40,439 nt of DNA from Candidatus Heimdallarchaeota archaeon (GCA_019057635.1 DXJL01000114.1:1-40439), one strand, 5' to 3'. Shown: positions 18,701 to 29,433, numbered from the stretch's first letter. Numbers and translations are program-made. Notes: generated from the letters alone by a model not told the origin.

Positions 18701-19735
18701 CTAACCTGTAGGAATTGATGTCATTTCAAACATTTTTTCGAGAGAGGCTTTTGCTCGAGTGGCAATATCCGTAGGTACATTTATTTCTTGTTCAGGTTGG
18801 GGAGATCGAAGAACTTCTAACGTATTCTCTAAATTTATCGCTTTCATATATGGACACAACACACAGCTTCCTATAAATGTTTTATTCGGGAACTCTACCT
18901 TTAATCGTTCGGTTAATCCACACTCTGTGATTAAAGCGTAGCTATCCTCATTTGAAGTTCTGACATACTCAATCATACCGCTAGTACTACCCACGTAGTC
19001 AGATTCAAGGACAACTGAAGGATCGCATTCAGTGTGAGCCAGAATTTTAATCCCAGCATTTTCTGAACGAAGCTGTTGAACCTGTTCTCCAGTAAATTGA
19101 TCGTGTACAATACATTCAGCGTCCCATCCGATAATATGTTTACCTGTTAATGGTCCTAGGTTTTTCATCATATGTCTATCAGGCACAAAAATTACCTTAT
19201 CAGAATCCAATTTTTTGATGATCTCAATCGCATTCGAGCTAGTAACACAGACATCACATTCAGCTTTTACTGCTGCAGAAGTATTAACATAGCAGGCAAT
19301 GGGAACCCCTGGATATTCGTTTCGAAGATTCTTAATATCCTCTGCTGAAATCCCTTCTGCTAAAGAACATCCAGCTTTTAGTGACGGTAGTAAGACTCTT
19401 TTCTCGGGGTTAAGAATTTTGGCTGTCTCTGCCATAAATTCCACTCCGCAAAATACGATGGTGTCGGCTTGAACATCCATGGCTTGACGACTGAGGCTGT
19501 AACTATCACCCACATAGTCGGCCACCCCAAAAATGATCTGAGGCAGCTGGTAAGAATGAGCTAGTATTACAGCATCTTTCTCTTTCTTCAAATGATTAAT
19601 TTGCCAAGTAAGAGGGGCTATTAACTCGCAATCCTCTTTTGTCCAGTGTAATATTTTCATCTTCTCGTACAGACGTTCAATTTCTAACTCTAGATCCGCT
19701 TTTGAAGGTGAATGACCTGAAACTGATAGATTCAC
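18701..19735 (-). CDS. nadA: quinolinate synthase
   Basis: ILAHSYQ, GDSY.LS, VFCGV.FMAETAKILNP, AGCSLA, YVNTSA, CIVH, AHTEC, CPYMK. Confidence 0.96.
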   Translation of the reverse strand: MNLSVSGHSPSKADLELEIERLYEKMKILHWTKEDCELIAPLTWQINHLKKEKDAVILAHSYQLPQIIFGVADYVGDSYSLSRQAMDVQADTIVFCGVEFMAETAKILNPEKRVLLPSLKAGCSLAEGISAEDIKNLRNEYPGVPIACYVNTSAAVKAECDVCVTSSNAIEIIKKLDSDKVIFVPDRHMMKNLGPLTGKHIIGWDAECIVHDQFTGEQVQQLRSENAGIKILAHTECDPSVVLESDYVGSTSGMIEYVRTSNEDSYALITECGLTERLKVEFPNKTFIGSCVLCPYMKAINLENTLEVLRSPQPEQEINVPTDIATRAKASLEKMFEMTSIPTG

Positions 19736-19853
19736 AACGAATTACCTCTGAGGATTCATTTTTTGAGAGATTTCATAAATATAGATATTCAGGTAGACTC
19801 GGGGGAATATGGCATGAATGGAACAATAAAAACAGAAGGAGAAATGAGAATGT

Positions 19854-20324
19854 TTATTTCTCACTGTTTTTTACTCTGGGAGGACCAATAAGAAAGATGT
19901 TATTCTTATCTGGATCTTCGAAGGAAATCATTGAAACCATATCAGGATAATCAATAATATCTGAAGTTGATACTCCTTTTGATTCAAGTGAGGTTTTGGC
20001 CTTTTCTACATCAGAAATAGATATATTCAACGAGTTAGCAGGTTTGAATTCACCCGATTCTTCCCGATATTGACTTAAACCTAACATTGCACCTTTTACA
20101 GGTAATTGAAATTCGTACCATCCCGCCATAGGAATTTCCAGATTAACTGGTAACTCTAAAATATCTTCATAAAACTTCTTTGAAATTTCGTAATTCCTAA
20201 TGGGATGGGTTATGTAGATGGAAGTTGAATCATAAATCTTTGATAATGGCATCGTCTTTACTGTTTTTTTAGCAGTTGTTTTTTTTGGGGCTGCTGCCTT
20301 CCTTCCCCCTTTCTTTTTTGGCAT
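19854..20324 (-). CDS. VOC (glyoxalase/bleomycin-resistance) family protein with Lys-rich N-terminal tail
   Basis: KFYEDILEL..SDVEKA...L..KGV..FEDPDKN fold motifs. Tail MPKKKGGRKAAAPKKTTAKK. Confidence 0.82.
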   Translation of the reverse strand: MPKKKGGRKAAAPKKTTAKKTVKTMPLSKIYDSTSIYITHPIRNYEISKKFYEDILELPVNLEIPMAGWYEFQLPVKGAMLGLSQYREESGEFKPANSLNISISDVEKAKTSLESKGVSTSDIIDYPDMVSMISFEDPDKNNIFLIGPPRVKNSEK

Positions 20325-20469
20325 TTTTATTCGTCTCTTAACGATTATTTAGATGATTAAGGATAGAAGTAAGGTACTTTAAGAGGTATTTTAGTCATAG
20401 TTCGTTAACCAGTATATATGGTTTTATTCCTTATGATTAACAATTGACCATAATGATAATTGCTAAGTA

Positions 20470-21723
20470 TTATTTATCTGTCGCTTCCTCCAAATATGGA
20501 TGGATTAGGTAGACTGCAATTAAGAAAAATGGGATTAGAAATAATTCCACACCAATGGATAAATAAAAAGGTGATTTTTGTCCATAAGAATCCCACAAAA
20601 AACCTCCGAGAATCGGGCCAATTACTCCTCCCAAGTTGCTAAATGTCGATTGAAAGCCAAAAATTTTGCCGCGATGGTTTTTTGATATTCGACTAAGGAA
20701 GTTTTGAAGCACTAAGATGCCTGCAGACACTATTATTGTATCTAACGTTAAAAGGAAAGTAAAAGTGAATAAATTGCTAGTATTTATCAAAAAAAAGGTA
20801 ATTATTGCTCCCAATATGCTAGCGATGCTAATACCTGAATAAGGATTTATTTTGTCTGCGATTCCCCCAAGTTTTGGTGCAAAATATACTGAAGCAAATC
20901 CTGCTGGGATGTAAATATATGTAGCTAAAGTTGGATCAGTTGTAAGATTTTCTAATAAATATACAAGTAAAAATGGCTTGGCTAGTGACCCATTTATTGA
21001 TCCTAATAAGATCACGATTAGAAAGAAGAAGAGACTCATCATCAAAATATTAGGAATCCTTTTCTCATAGTTAGATGCCAGATTCTCACTTGTAGAATCA
21101 TATCTAAGATTTTCATTTACATTGAGAAAAAATAATATTCCAGCAATGATATTTCCGAAACAATAAACTAGTAATGGGCTGTATACAAATAATAAATTTG
21201 GAGTTTCAAAAGAATTCGCAAATCCCCAGATACCAAATCCAATGAATGCACCAATAAGTTGTCCTCTTCCTATAGTAGCATTCCGGAGACCGTATGCTTT
21301 GGATCTATGAAATTTTGATGATTTTTCTGCAATCATTGTGTTTAAAGGAACCCAGAATAAACCAACTATGAATCCTAGGAAAAACATACCCAATAGGATA
21401 CCTGATAAAAATTTAGCTAAAATCGAAAGGAATAGGATAATATAAGAAACTGCTCTTCCAAAAGACCCAACTAGAACCATTTTTTTCTTACTTATTCCAT
21501 GATCAACTAAAATTCCAGCAATTGGGGAAGATATCATATACCCAATGACATTCATGGAAAATATTAACCCCATTTCAGTTCCAGATGCGTTAATTTGCTG
21601 ACTGACAACAAATGGTATCAAAAAACCAAAAAAAAACATGCCTAGGCTATTTAAAGTAATGAGATCAAGCATCGAAGCAAAATCTGAGGTAAAATCAGCT
21701 GAGGAGGTGCTTATTCTTTCCAT
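20470..21723 (-). CDS. MFS transporter
   Basis: About 12 TM segments, G.LVD.G, GGIADK, HRGKIFG, GP.LGG.L. Confidence 0.9.
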   Translation of the reverse strand: MERISTSSADFTSDFASMLDLITLNSLGMFFFGFLIPFVVSQQINASGTEMGLIFSMNVIGYMISSPIAGILVDHGISKKKMVLVGSFGRAVSYIILFLSILAKFLSGILLGMFFLGFIVGLFWVPLNTMIAEKSSKFHRSKAYGLRNATIGRGQLIGAFIGFGIWGFANSFETPNLLFVYSPLLVYCFGNIIAGILFFLNVNENLRYDSTSENLASNYEKRIPNILMMSLFFFLIVILLGSINGSLAKPFLLVYLLENLTTDPTLATYIYIPAGFASVYFAPKLGGIADKINPYSGISIASILGAIITFFLINTSNLFTFTFLLTLDTIIVSAGILVLQNFLSRISKNHRGKIFGFQSTFSNLGGVIGPILGGFLWDSYGQKSPFYLSIGVELFLIPFFLIAVYLIHPYLEEATDK

Positions 21724-21824
21724 ATTTGATCTTCCAGATGAATTTTCACTTTATTTTGAACTTTATGTCATTTTTTATTATTAAATTAGCAGAAACTCTG
21801 TCTTTCTTGCTATAGAGCAAATTG

Positions 21825-22370
21825 CTATTCATTCTGATGTGTTAATTGTTTTTTTTGAATTGGCTCAATCGTTTCTTTTAGTAAATCATCTAGTTCTTGA
21901 GTGTTTAAACCTGTAATTTTTTCTAGGAGCGTATTACTCGGAATCACCCATTTACTTTTAGCTTCTGCAAGAATTAGTCCAATTTTAGACTGGATTCTCG
22001 CAAGAACTGTGATATTTTCCCCGTTATGCTCTAGAATCTCCGCTTTGATTACTAACTCTTCTTCTGTCGGGACGGGTTTCAGATACTTTACCGTTATTTG
22101 GACTGTAATACCTATTCGAAATAGGTGTGTTATTATGGTCCATGCTGCTACCTCATCTAGGAGTGTAGCGATTATACCTCCATGAACCAATCCCGTAAAT
22201 CCACAATATTCTTTGGGTATACTATGGTAACTAACACATCCATTCTCTGTATACCAAAATTGAAGTTTTAATCCTTTCGTATTGTGCGGAGCACAACCAA
22301 AACAATCACCAAACGCCCGTTTAGGTAATAACCACTGTTTTGATTTATTTTGTGACATAATTGAATTCAT
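21825..22370 (-). CDS. PaaI family (hotdog-fold) thioesterase
   Basis: CFGC...N..GL and VHGGIIATLLDE. Confidence 0.9.
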   Translation of the reverse strand: MNSIMSQNKSKQWLLPKRAFGDCFGCAPHNTKGLKLQFWYTENGCVSYHSIPKEYCGFTGLVHGGIIATLLDEVAAWTIITHLFRIGITVQITVKYLKPVPTEEELVIKAEILEHNGENITVLARIQSKIGLILAEAKSKWVIPSNTLLEKITGLNTQELDDLLKETIEPIQKKQLTHQNE

Positions 22371-22584
22371 CTGACGAATTTATTAAAAAGAGCTCTATTT
22401 ACACCAGAGATAAAGTATCCTCACGTGATTGGATATCGTTCATTGTTATGGAATTCGGAGGTGTACAAACAAAAGAACAAAGAAGTAATTTAGATGTCAG
22501 AGAGACATTTAATACAAAATGAATAATTAGAGGAAATAATTAAAGGGCCTAAATCTATTGCAGTTGATCAAGGATGGATTTTAG

Positions 22585-23271
22585 GTGAATGGACAACTTA
22601 ACGGAATAATTAAGAAGACTCTAAGTAGAGCAATAAGGAAGCAGATTAAATATCCAAAAACACTCCTCTTCTCTCTTTCCTTGTTAATGGTATTTGCCTT
22701 AATCGCCATCCTACTCAAATCGAATCTAGATATTTCTTTGGAAACTGAGAAAGATCTTGGAAAGTCATTCGGAAACACAGCAAATTCATTTGCAGGGTTA
22801 TTAATTGTACCATTTGTATTGTGGATCTACCTTAAAGATCTACTAGTCTATTCGTTAGAAAAACCGATAGTTCGCTACCATCAATATCAGAAAAATAGAA
22901 CGATTGAGGGAGGAGATGAAGAATTAACGAAATACAAATCCAAAAAAACGAGTCTTTCCATATACTTCACGATTCGTAGGTTTTTATTAAATGTACATTG
23001 CATTGGGTGTCTAATACTCTGTGGATTCGTGATTATTCATTTGATTAGTTTATTTGAAGACCATAGTGGCCCAAATTTCTTTTTCGCGTGGATTGCTATA
23101 TCTTATGGAACATATTTGTCAATTGCAGGGATATTAGTGAGAGTAAATTGGTGGAGAAAGGCCCTTTTGATGAAAAAAGCTAGACGTATCGCCAGAGGGA
23201 TTCATACGCAGGTAATAATTGCATTAATAGCTCTCATAGCACTCAATCTTCATCTAGCGTGGGCTGATTGA
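22585..23271 (+). CDS. membrane protein, possible di-heme cytochrome b-like
   Basis: About 5 TM segments with two His pairs in helices (VHC..IHL, IHT..LHL). Confidence 0.55.
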   Translation: MNGQLNGIIKKTLSRAIRKQIKYPKTLLFSLSLLMVFALIAILLKSNLDISLETEKDLGKSFGNTANSFAGLLIVPFVLWIYLKDLLVYSLEKPIVRYHQYQKNRTIEGGDEELTKYKSKKTSLSIYFTIRRFLLNVHCIGCLILCGFVIIHLISLFEDHSGPNFFFAWIAISYGTYLSIAGILVRVNWWRKALLMKKARRIARGIHTQVIIALIALIALNLHLAWAD

Positions 23272-23273
23272 TT

Positions 23274-24752
23274 CTAATTGGGGTCAACAATAAAAAGATG
23301 ATTTTGAAAAGGTTGAAGATCTACAAAAAGGCCGTATTCCTCTAGATCGGCTCCCTTTCTGGAGTATTTTTTCTCATTTAACATATCGTAAAGGGTGAAT
23401 TGTTCAATTTTACTGAATTCACTATGGAGTGGAAGGAAAACATTTCCTTGGGATTGAAAGGATGAGTAGTTAACCACGACAAGACATAATTTGGATGAAT
23501 TGGGGTTATACCATTTCCAAGCTAAGATATTAGAGTTTGACGTAGACAATAATGCCCACTGGTAATCATGAGACTTGATTTGTTTTGTAAATTCCAAAAT
23601 TCGATCATAAGCTTCTTGAATCAAAGGATCAGATTTTTCTGATTGTTTTTGTCTCAATTGCACGGGAATTTTGATTTTTTCACCTTCCAGCTGACCTTGA
23701 TGGTATAAACTCAACCCAGGCACGGTTCCCATAATGATTGCTGCAGCAATTGATTTTTCATGTCCGAAAACGTCGTGAGCTCGTCTTTCATCATGATTCT
23801 CGATAAACCTCATATTTTTCATGAGATAAGATTTGTCTGCGGAAAGATGAGTTTGGATTTTTACCGTTGATCCATTCTCTAATAGGTCATAAAGGTCTTT
23901 ATCATAAGTATAATCAAACCCCATTTGCTGTAATTTCCAACCAAGATTCCAATATACTTCAGCAAGAAAACTAAATTCAGGAAAATTAGATTTTGTACTC
24001 TTTATTGCATCAGGCCAAAATTCTGAAGAAAGGTTATCAAAATACCCCTTTTGTTCAAAATGAAATCCCCACGTCTGTTGTATAATATCGCTGAGACAAA
24101 GCATAGCCATATCGCATCGAACACCATCACACTCATTAGCAACTTTATTTAATACTGTGATCATGTACTCACGTGTATTTTCATTGAAATAATTGAGCTG
24201 AAACGTATCAGTCCATGGAGAAAAGTAAGGGTCTTTCCCATAAGCTATCCATTGTATTCCTTTCTCTGTTTCTACCTGTTTAAATAGCGATTGATCTTGT
24301 GGCTTATTGTCTGTTGAGATAAAATACTCTGGATTTGTTAAAACTAGTTCTGAAGCACCCCCAAAGTGATTGGGGACAAAATCAAGCATTAGCTTTGCAC
24401 CCAAATCATTCAATTTCTGTTTAACGGACTTTAAATCTCCAGGGAGGCCTAATTGTGGATTTAATTTATATTTGACAATTGAATATGGTGACCCAATCAC
24501 ATCTACAGGATTCCATTTGGGGAGTGAATTGCTTATTTCTTTGATTAATCCGGGATGTTTTTCTAATTCTTCTTGGGTAAGCGATGAATGTTCCCAAACT
24601 CCCATAAGCCAAATCCAATCAAACCCTTTTTCGATAATACTTATCCAAAGTTCGTCTGGAATAGTCATCAGAGTTAAATCTTTGTTGAAATTTCTTTGAA
24701 GTGAATATAGCCAAACTCTTGTATTAATTTCATACAGCTGGTTTAGTTCGAT
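23274..24752 (-). CDS. alpha-amylase family (GH13) glycoside hydrolase
   Basis: LDFVPNH, DGVRCDMA, LAEVYW, IENHDE catalytic regions. The frame extends upstream of the listed ATG 24668 through LYEINTRVWL to ATC 24752, 8 nt after GGAGG. Confidence 0.9.
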   Translation of the reverse strand: MELNQLYEINTRVWLYSLQRNFNKDLTLMTIPDELWISIIEKGFDWIWLMGVWEHSSLTQEELEKHPGLIKEISNSLPKWNPVDVIGSPYSIVKYKLNPQLGLPGDLKSVKQKLNDLGAKLMLDFVPNHFGGASELVLTNPEYFISTDNKPQDQSLFKQVETEKGIQWIAYGKDPYFSPWTDTFQLNYFNENTREYMITVLNKVANECDGVRCDMAMLCLSDIIQQTWGFHFEQKGYFDNLSSEFWPDAIKSTKSNFPEFSFLAEVYWNLGWKLQQMGFDYTYDKDLYDLLENGSTVKIQTHLSADKSYLMKNMRFIENHDERRAHDVFGHEKSIAAAIIMGTVPGLSLYHQGQLEGEKIKIPVQLRQKQSEKSDPLIQEAYDRILEFTKQIKSHDYQWALLSTSNSNILAWKWYNPNSSKLCLVVVNYSSFQSQGNVFLPLHSEFSKIEQFTLYDMLNEKKYSRKGADLEEYGLFVDLQPFQNHLFIVDPN

Positions 24753-24788
24753 TGGTTAAACCTCCTAACAAATTTATTGGATTTCCAC

Positions 24789-27464
24789 CTACATCCTTAC
24801 CTCATTTTCACTAAGTTGTTGAATTAGAATGGCTATAAGGCCTGTCCAGCCTGTTTGGTGACTTGCGCCTATACCAGAACCATCTTCGCCATGAAAATAT
24901 TCATAGAATAGGATTAAATTCCGCCACGCTGAATCAAACTGAAATTTATCTGTTTGACCATAAACAGGTCGCTTTCCAGAATTGTTTCTCTGAAAAATTT
25001 TACTTAGCCTGCTGGAAATCTTTTGGGAAACTTCCCCGAGTGTCAAGTAATTCCCTGAATTTGTGGGGTATTCAATTTTCATACTATCTCTAAAATAGTG
25101 GGAGAACTTTTTTAGGGACTCAATAATTAAGAAGTTCACAGGAAACCAAATCGGCCCCCTCCAATTCGAATTTCCACCAAACATGCCACTGAGTGATTCA
25201 CCAGGTTCATAGGAAACGCTATGACTGTGGTTTCCAACTTGAAAGACATAAGGTGACTCTTGATGAAACTTTGAAAGTGCGCGGATACCATATTGACTGA
25301 GAAATTCATTTTCGTCCAGTAATCTCTTTAAAATGCCTGTTAATTGAGCCTTTTTAACGAGTGAAAAGATGTGCTGTGTTGATTCCCCAGATTGGCAGAT
25401 AATGTTCTTAGCTAAATCGGGTCGATTTTCAATAAACCATTCCATTCTTCTTTTGAAATCAGGAAGGTTTTCAATGAGTGATCGGTCAATTATTTCAACT
25501 CCAAAAAGAGGAATTAAGCCCACCATTGACCTAACTTTTAATGACTCATGCTCCTGATTTGGAAAATGAATAGTATCGTAGTAAAACCCATCCTTTTCAT
25601 CCCATAACCCAACGTCATTCATCGCATTCGCAATGTACAAGAAATGCTCAAAGAATTTGCTAGCAATGTCCTCGTAGACTTTGTTTTCTTGAGCTAACTC
25701 TAATGAAATTCTAAGCATGTTAAGGCAATACATACCCATCCAAGCGGTTCCATCTGCCTGATCAAGGGAAGAGTAGGGTATATCTTCCTCTAAATGTCGT
25801 CCACTACGGTCAAAAACACCAATGTTGTCTAACCCTAAAAATCCACCTTGAAACACACTTTTTCCATCTCTATCTTTCTTGTTGACCCACCACGTGAAAT
25901 TAAGCAACAATTTTTGAAATACTCGTTCAAGGAAAATGCGGTCTTTTTTACCATACATTTCAGTTTCTATTCTGAATATTCTCCACGCTGCCCACGCATG
26001 TACAGGCGGATTTACATCCTCAAAATTCCATTCATACGCAGGAATTTGACCATTGGGATGCATATACCATTCTCTCGTTAAGAGAAGTAATTGCTTTTTG
26101 GCAAATTCTGGATCAACCATAACTAAAGGAATCAAGTGAAAAGCAGTATCCCAACTAGCAAACCAAGGATATTCCCATTTATCAGGCATAGATAATATAT
26201 CATCTGTATAGAGATGAACCCAATCTGAATTGCGGCCATGAAATCGTTCTGGTGGAGGTTTTGAATCTTTATCCCCTTTTAACCATGTTTGGACAATATA
26301 ATGATAATATTGTTTGGTCCATAACATTCCTGCGAATGCCTGTCGTTGGATATTCTTCAGATCTTCATCTGACGAGGTGGGAATAAAACTATTATAATAA
26401 TCATCAGTTTCTCGCATACGTTGTTCAAAAATCTCTTCAAAACCATGACCAAAAACTAAGGTAGGGTTTGAAATGTCTAAGAGTTGATTAGTTAACCTTA
26501 AACGGACAATAAAGTTAGATTTCGATGTTATAGTACGTTTATAAAGAACTGCGAGTTTGGTTCCCCGTTTCTCATGATTAATGGATTCTTTATGACTGTT
26601 GACAATATAATCATTTATGCCGTCTTTTGTATAAAGAGAATTATTATTAATTCCGTATAAACGTTGAAAATTTGTCTCGTTTTCCGTAAATAAAAGATTT
26701 TCTGGATTTTCACTATAAAACCAGCGTCTTCCTAAGCTAGGATGAGATGCCTCAACTTCTGAGATAGAATTAGCCCTGTTCTTCTGAATTAAAGATGGCT
26801 TCTCATCTGTTTCATTCCAAGACCATGTATTACGAAACCACAATGTGGGTAAAAGGAATATTTCAGCCTCTTCAGGTCCTTGGTTGGTGATAGTAATTTT
26901 GATAAGAATATCCTCAGGGTTTGATTTCGCATATTCCACTGTAACATCAAAATATTTGTTTTCATCAAATAAAACCGTGTCAAGAAGTTCATACTCTGGG
27001 TCTGCACGCGAACGTTTTTGATTTTCAGACACGAGTTGTTCGTATGGAAATTTTAACTGAGGATATTTATAGAGGAATTTCATATAAGAGTGGGTGGGAG
27101 AGGAGTCTAAATAGAAGTAATATTCCTTTACATCCTCACCATGATTACCCTGAGGATTAGTTAAACCAAATAATCTTTCTTTAAGTAATGAATCTTTTCC
27201 ATTCCAAAGAGCTAGGGCAAAACATAAGCGCTGGTGATTGTCACTAATTCCCCCAAGTCCATCTTCTCCCCAACGATAAGCTCTAGATTGTGCGTGATCA
27301 AAAGGAAAAGAACCCCACGCATCACCATCAGAACTATAATCTTCTCTAACGGTTCCCCACTGGCGTTCACTGAGATAGGGTCCCCAGCGTTTCCAGTGTT
27401 TTTGTTTATCACGATCTTCCAGTAGACGTTTTCCCTCTTCAGTTTCCAAAATACGATTTGACAT
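24789..27464 (-). CDS. GH63-like (MGH1-like) glycoside hydrolase / glucosidase
   Basis: WGPYLSERQWGTVREDYS, MPDKWEYPWFASWD, NSNWRGPIWFP, FYEYFHG..G.GIGASHQTGWT. Start taken as ATG 27464 behind GGTGAG. Confidence 0.9.
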   Translation of the reverse strand: MSNRILETEEGKRLLEDRDKQKHWKRWGPYLSERQWGTVREDYSSDGDAWGSFPFDHAQSRAYRWGEDGLGGISDNHQRLCFALALWNGKDSLLKERLFGLTNPQGNHGEDVKEYYFYLDSSPTHSYMKFLYKYPQLKFPYEQLVSENQKRSRADPEYELLDTVLFDENKYFDVTVEYAKSNPEDILIKITITNQGPEEAEIFLLPTLWFRNTWSWNETDEKPSLIQKNRANSISEVEASHPSLGRRWFYSENPENLLFTENETNFQRLYGINNNSLYTKDGINDYIVNSHKESINHEKRGTKLAVLYKRTITSKSNFIVRLRLTNQLLDISNPTLVFGHGFEEIFEQRMRETDDYYNSFIPTSSDEDLKNIQRQAFAGMLWTKQYYHYIVQTWLKGDKDSKPPPERFHGRNSDWVHLYTDDILSMPDKWEYPWFASWDTAFHLIPLVMVDPEFAKKQLLLLTREWYMHPNGQIPAYEWNFEDVNPPVHAWAAWRIFRIETEMYGKKDRIFLERVFQKLLLNFTWWVNKKDRDGKSVFQGGFLGLDNIGVFDRSGRHLEEDIPYSSLDQADGTAWMGMYCLNMLRISLELAQENKVYEDIASKFFEHFLYIANAMNDVGLWDEKDGFYYDTIHFPNQEHESLKVRSMVGLIPLFGVEIIDRSLIENLPDFKRRMEWFIENRPDLAKNIICQSGESTQHIFSLVKKAQLTGILKRLLDENEFLSQYGIRALSKFHQESPYVFQVGNHSHSVSYEPGESLSGMFGGNSNWRGPIWFPVNFLIIESLKKFSHYFRDSMKIEYPTNSGNYLTLGEVSQKISSRLSKIFQRNNSGKRPVYGQTDKFQFDSAWRNLILFYEYFHGEDGSGIGASHQTGWTGLIAILIQQLSENEVRM

Positions 27465-27475
27465 CGAGCTCACCA

Positions 27476-28594
27476 CTACTGTTCAGGAAAAGGGCTAATC
27501 TCACAAAATAATTTAATGACTCCCTTTGAAGGGCCACAAAGAGTTTTTACTAATCCTTTATATTGATCTAATCCCTTAATTGGATGAGTAAGAAGTTTTG
27601 AAAGCCAATTTGGATATTGAAGGAGCGCTTGGGATAAATCCCTGACTCCTTGCTCAAAATGTTCCCTGTTAGCATTTACTGTTCCAAAACAAACCTTATT
27701 TCCTAATACAAAGTCTAAATTGATTTTATCGGCAGGAATTTCAACTTTTCGATCATTAGCAGTTATGCTCGAAAGTATAAGGACCCCATTTTTGCCTAAA
27801 AGTTCCATAGCTTCAAAAACTAGTGGTGAAAAACCAGTTGCTTCAAAAATTATGTCAAAGGGGCCAAATTTGTCTGCGGCATCTTTAAAAGAAATGTCCT
27901 TTGTGCTAATATACTTGGCTTCAATCTCCTCTACTAAATCAGAATTTAAATAGGGAGCTTGAGTACGAGAAATAACGTAAGTTTCAATTCCTCTTAACCT
28001 CAACATTAGTGCTGCTAATATGCCAATTGGCCCCACTCCAAGAACAGCAGCTCGTTTAGGTCGCCAGATTTTCAATCGGCGTTGGATCTCAACAGCGTGC
28101 ATAATACCTTTTTCAACAATACTTGTTGGTTCAAGAAGCACAGCCACTTCTTTGAGATTACTTGGAATCCGCACTAAATTTTCTGGCTGATCGACGAAAT
28201 ATTCTGTTAAAAAGCCATGAAGTAAATTGATTCCATGTTCGTAGTAAGTGTCAGCAGTGGTCACGTCAGAAGTACCAATTTTATCATAAATAGTATTTCC
28301 ATACGCTCTCCTAACGGTGGGGACAACAAAGTCACCGGGGTTAAGTTCAGTCACATTTTGGCCTACCTTTTCTACAATTCCAAGGCATTCATGGCCTAAA
28401 ATTAAATGATCATCTCCTAAAGGGGGATTTCCATAGTTAGCCTCAACGATCTCCTTGTCTGTCCCATCTACCCCACATTGTAATATTCTAATTAATACTC
28501 CTCGATGATCTTGTATTTGATCAATAGATGGTTTATCTTGGTCAATTAATTGTAAACTCCCTTTCTTTTTTGGTATAACAGCTATTGCTTTCAC
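27476..28594 (-). CDS. gdh: glucose 1-dehydrogenase (Zn-dependent MDR family)
   Basis: GVDGTD.E, LGHE, VPTVRR, LLEP.S, G.GPIG, G.VNA. Start taken as GTG 28594 behind GGAGG. Confidence 0.88.
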   Translation of the reverse strand: MKAIAVIPKKKGSLQLIDQDKPSIDQIQDHRGVLIRILQCGVDGTDKEIVEANYGNPPLGDDHLILGHECLGIVEKVGQNVTELNPGDFVVPTVRRAYGNTIYDKIGTSDVTTADTYYEHGINLLHGFLTEYFVDQPENLVRIPSNLKEVAVLLEPTSIVEKGIMHAVEIQRRLKIWRPKRAAVLGVGPIGILAALMLRLRGIETYVISRTQAPYLNSDLVEEIEAKYISTKDISFKDAADKFGPFDIIFEATGFSPLVFEAMELLGKNGVLILSSITANDRKVEIPADKINLDFVLGNKVCFGTVNANREHFEQGVRDLSQALLQYPNWLSKLLTHPIKGLDQYKGLVKTLCGPSKGVIKLFCEISPFPEQ

Positions 28595-28808
28595 TATAAA
28601 CATCCTCCACGTTCTTGACGTGAAATATTTTTCGTCATGCAAATTAGACTTTATTAAGGTATTAAAAACTCCTATTGAGTATATTAAGAAATACCTAATT
28701 GTAATAAAATCGAAAAGATTTCTGATATTTCGAAAATTTCGTTGATATGAATAAGAATGTATTCAATTCAAGCCCAATATGAATCAAAAATATCTCTAAG
28801 GTGGACCA

Positions 28809-29426
28809 ATGAAAATCATTGATATTTCTCTCGCAATGGAACAAAATATGGTAGTTTATCCAGGTGACCCTCAATTTAAACTGACTTCTGTGTTAGATAT
28901 CTCAAAAGGAGATAGTTTGAACCTCTCAGAAGTACAAATGGGAGTCCATACTGGGAGTCATCTTGATAGTCCTTTGCATTTTTTGAAAAAAGGAGAAAGT
29001 ATTACCGATATTCCACTAACAAGATTCTATGGCCGCTCTCAAGTCCTAGATTTGACATCTATTGAATTTGGGAATGAAATAACAGAGAAGCATCTAAAAA
29101 CGCAAGAATTTGACCCAGAATCTATTATTCTTTTTAAAACTAAGAATTCTAATATAATCAAGGGTGACTATAGAGAAGATTTTGTTTCTCTTTCATTAGA
29201 GGCTGCAAAATTCTTGATTAATTCAAAAGTTAAAACTGTTGGAATTGATTATCTTAGTATCGGTAGTACAAATACACACAAGTTATTACTTTCTAACGGA
29301 ACTATTATTTATGAAGGACTCGTATTAACTCATGTAACTCCAGGGATATATACCTTTATTGGTTTTCCTCTAAAAATGATAGGCAGTGAGGGAGCACCTA
29401 CTAGAGCTGTTTTAATTAAAGATTAG
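28809..29426 (+). CDS. cyclase family protein (kynurenine formamidase-like)
   Basis: YPGDP, HTGSHLDSP.H, VGIDYLS, EGAPTRAVL. Confidence 0.9.
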   Translation: MKIIDISLAMEQNMVVYPGDPQFKLTSVLDISKGDSLNLSEVQMGVHTGSHLDSPLHFLKKGESITDIPLTRFYGRSQVLDLTSIEFGNEITEKHLKTQEFDPESIILFKTKNSNIIKGDYREDFVSLSLEAAKFLINSKVKTVGIDYLSIGSTNTHKLLLSNGTIIYEGLVLTHVTPGIYTFIGFPLKMIGSEGAPTRAVLIKD

Positions 29427-29433
29427 TAATTAT

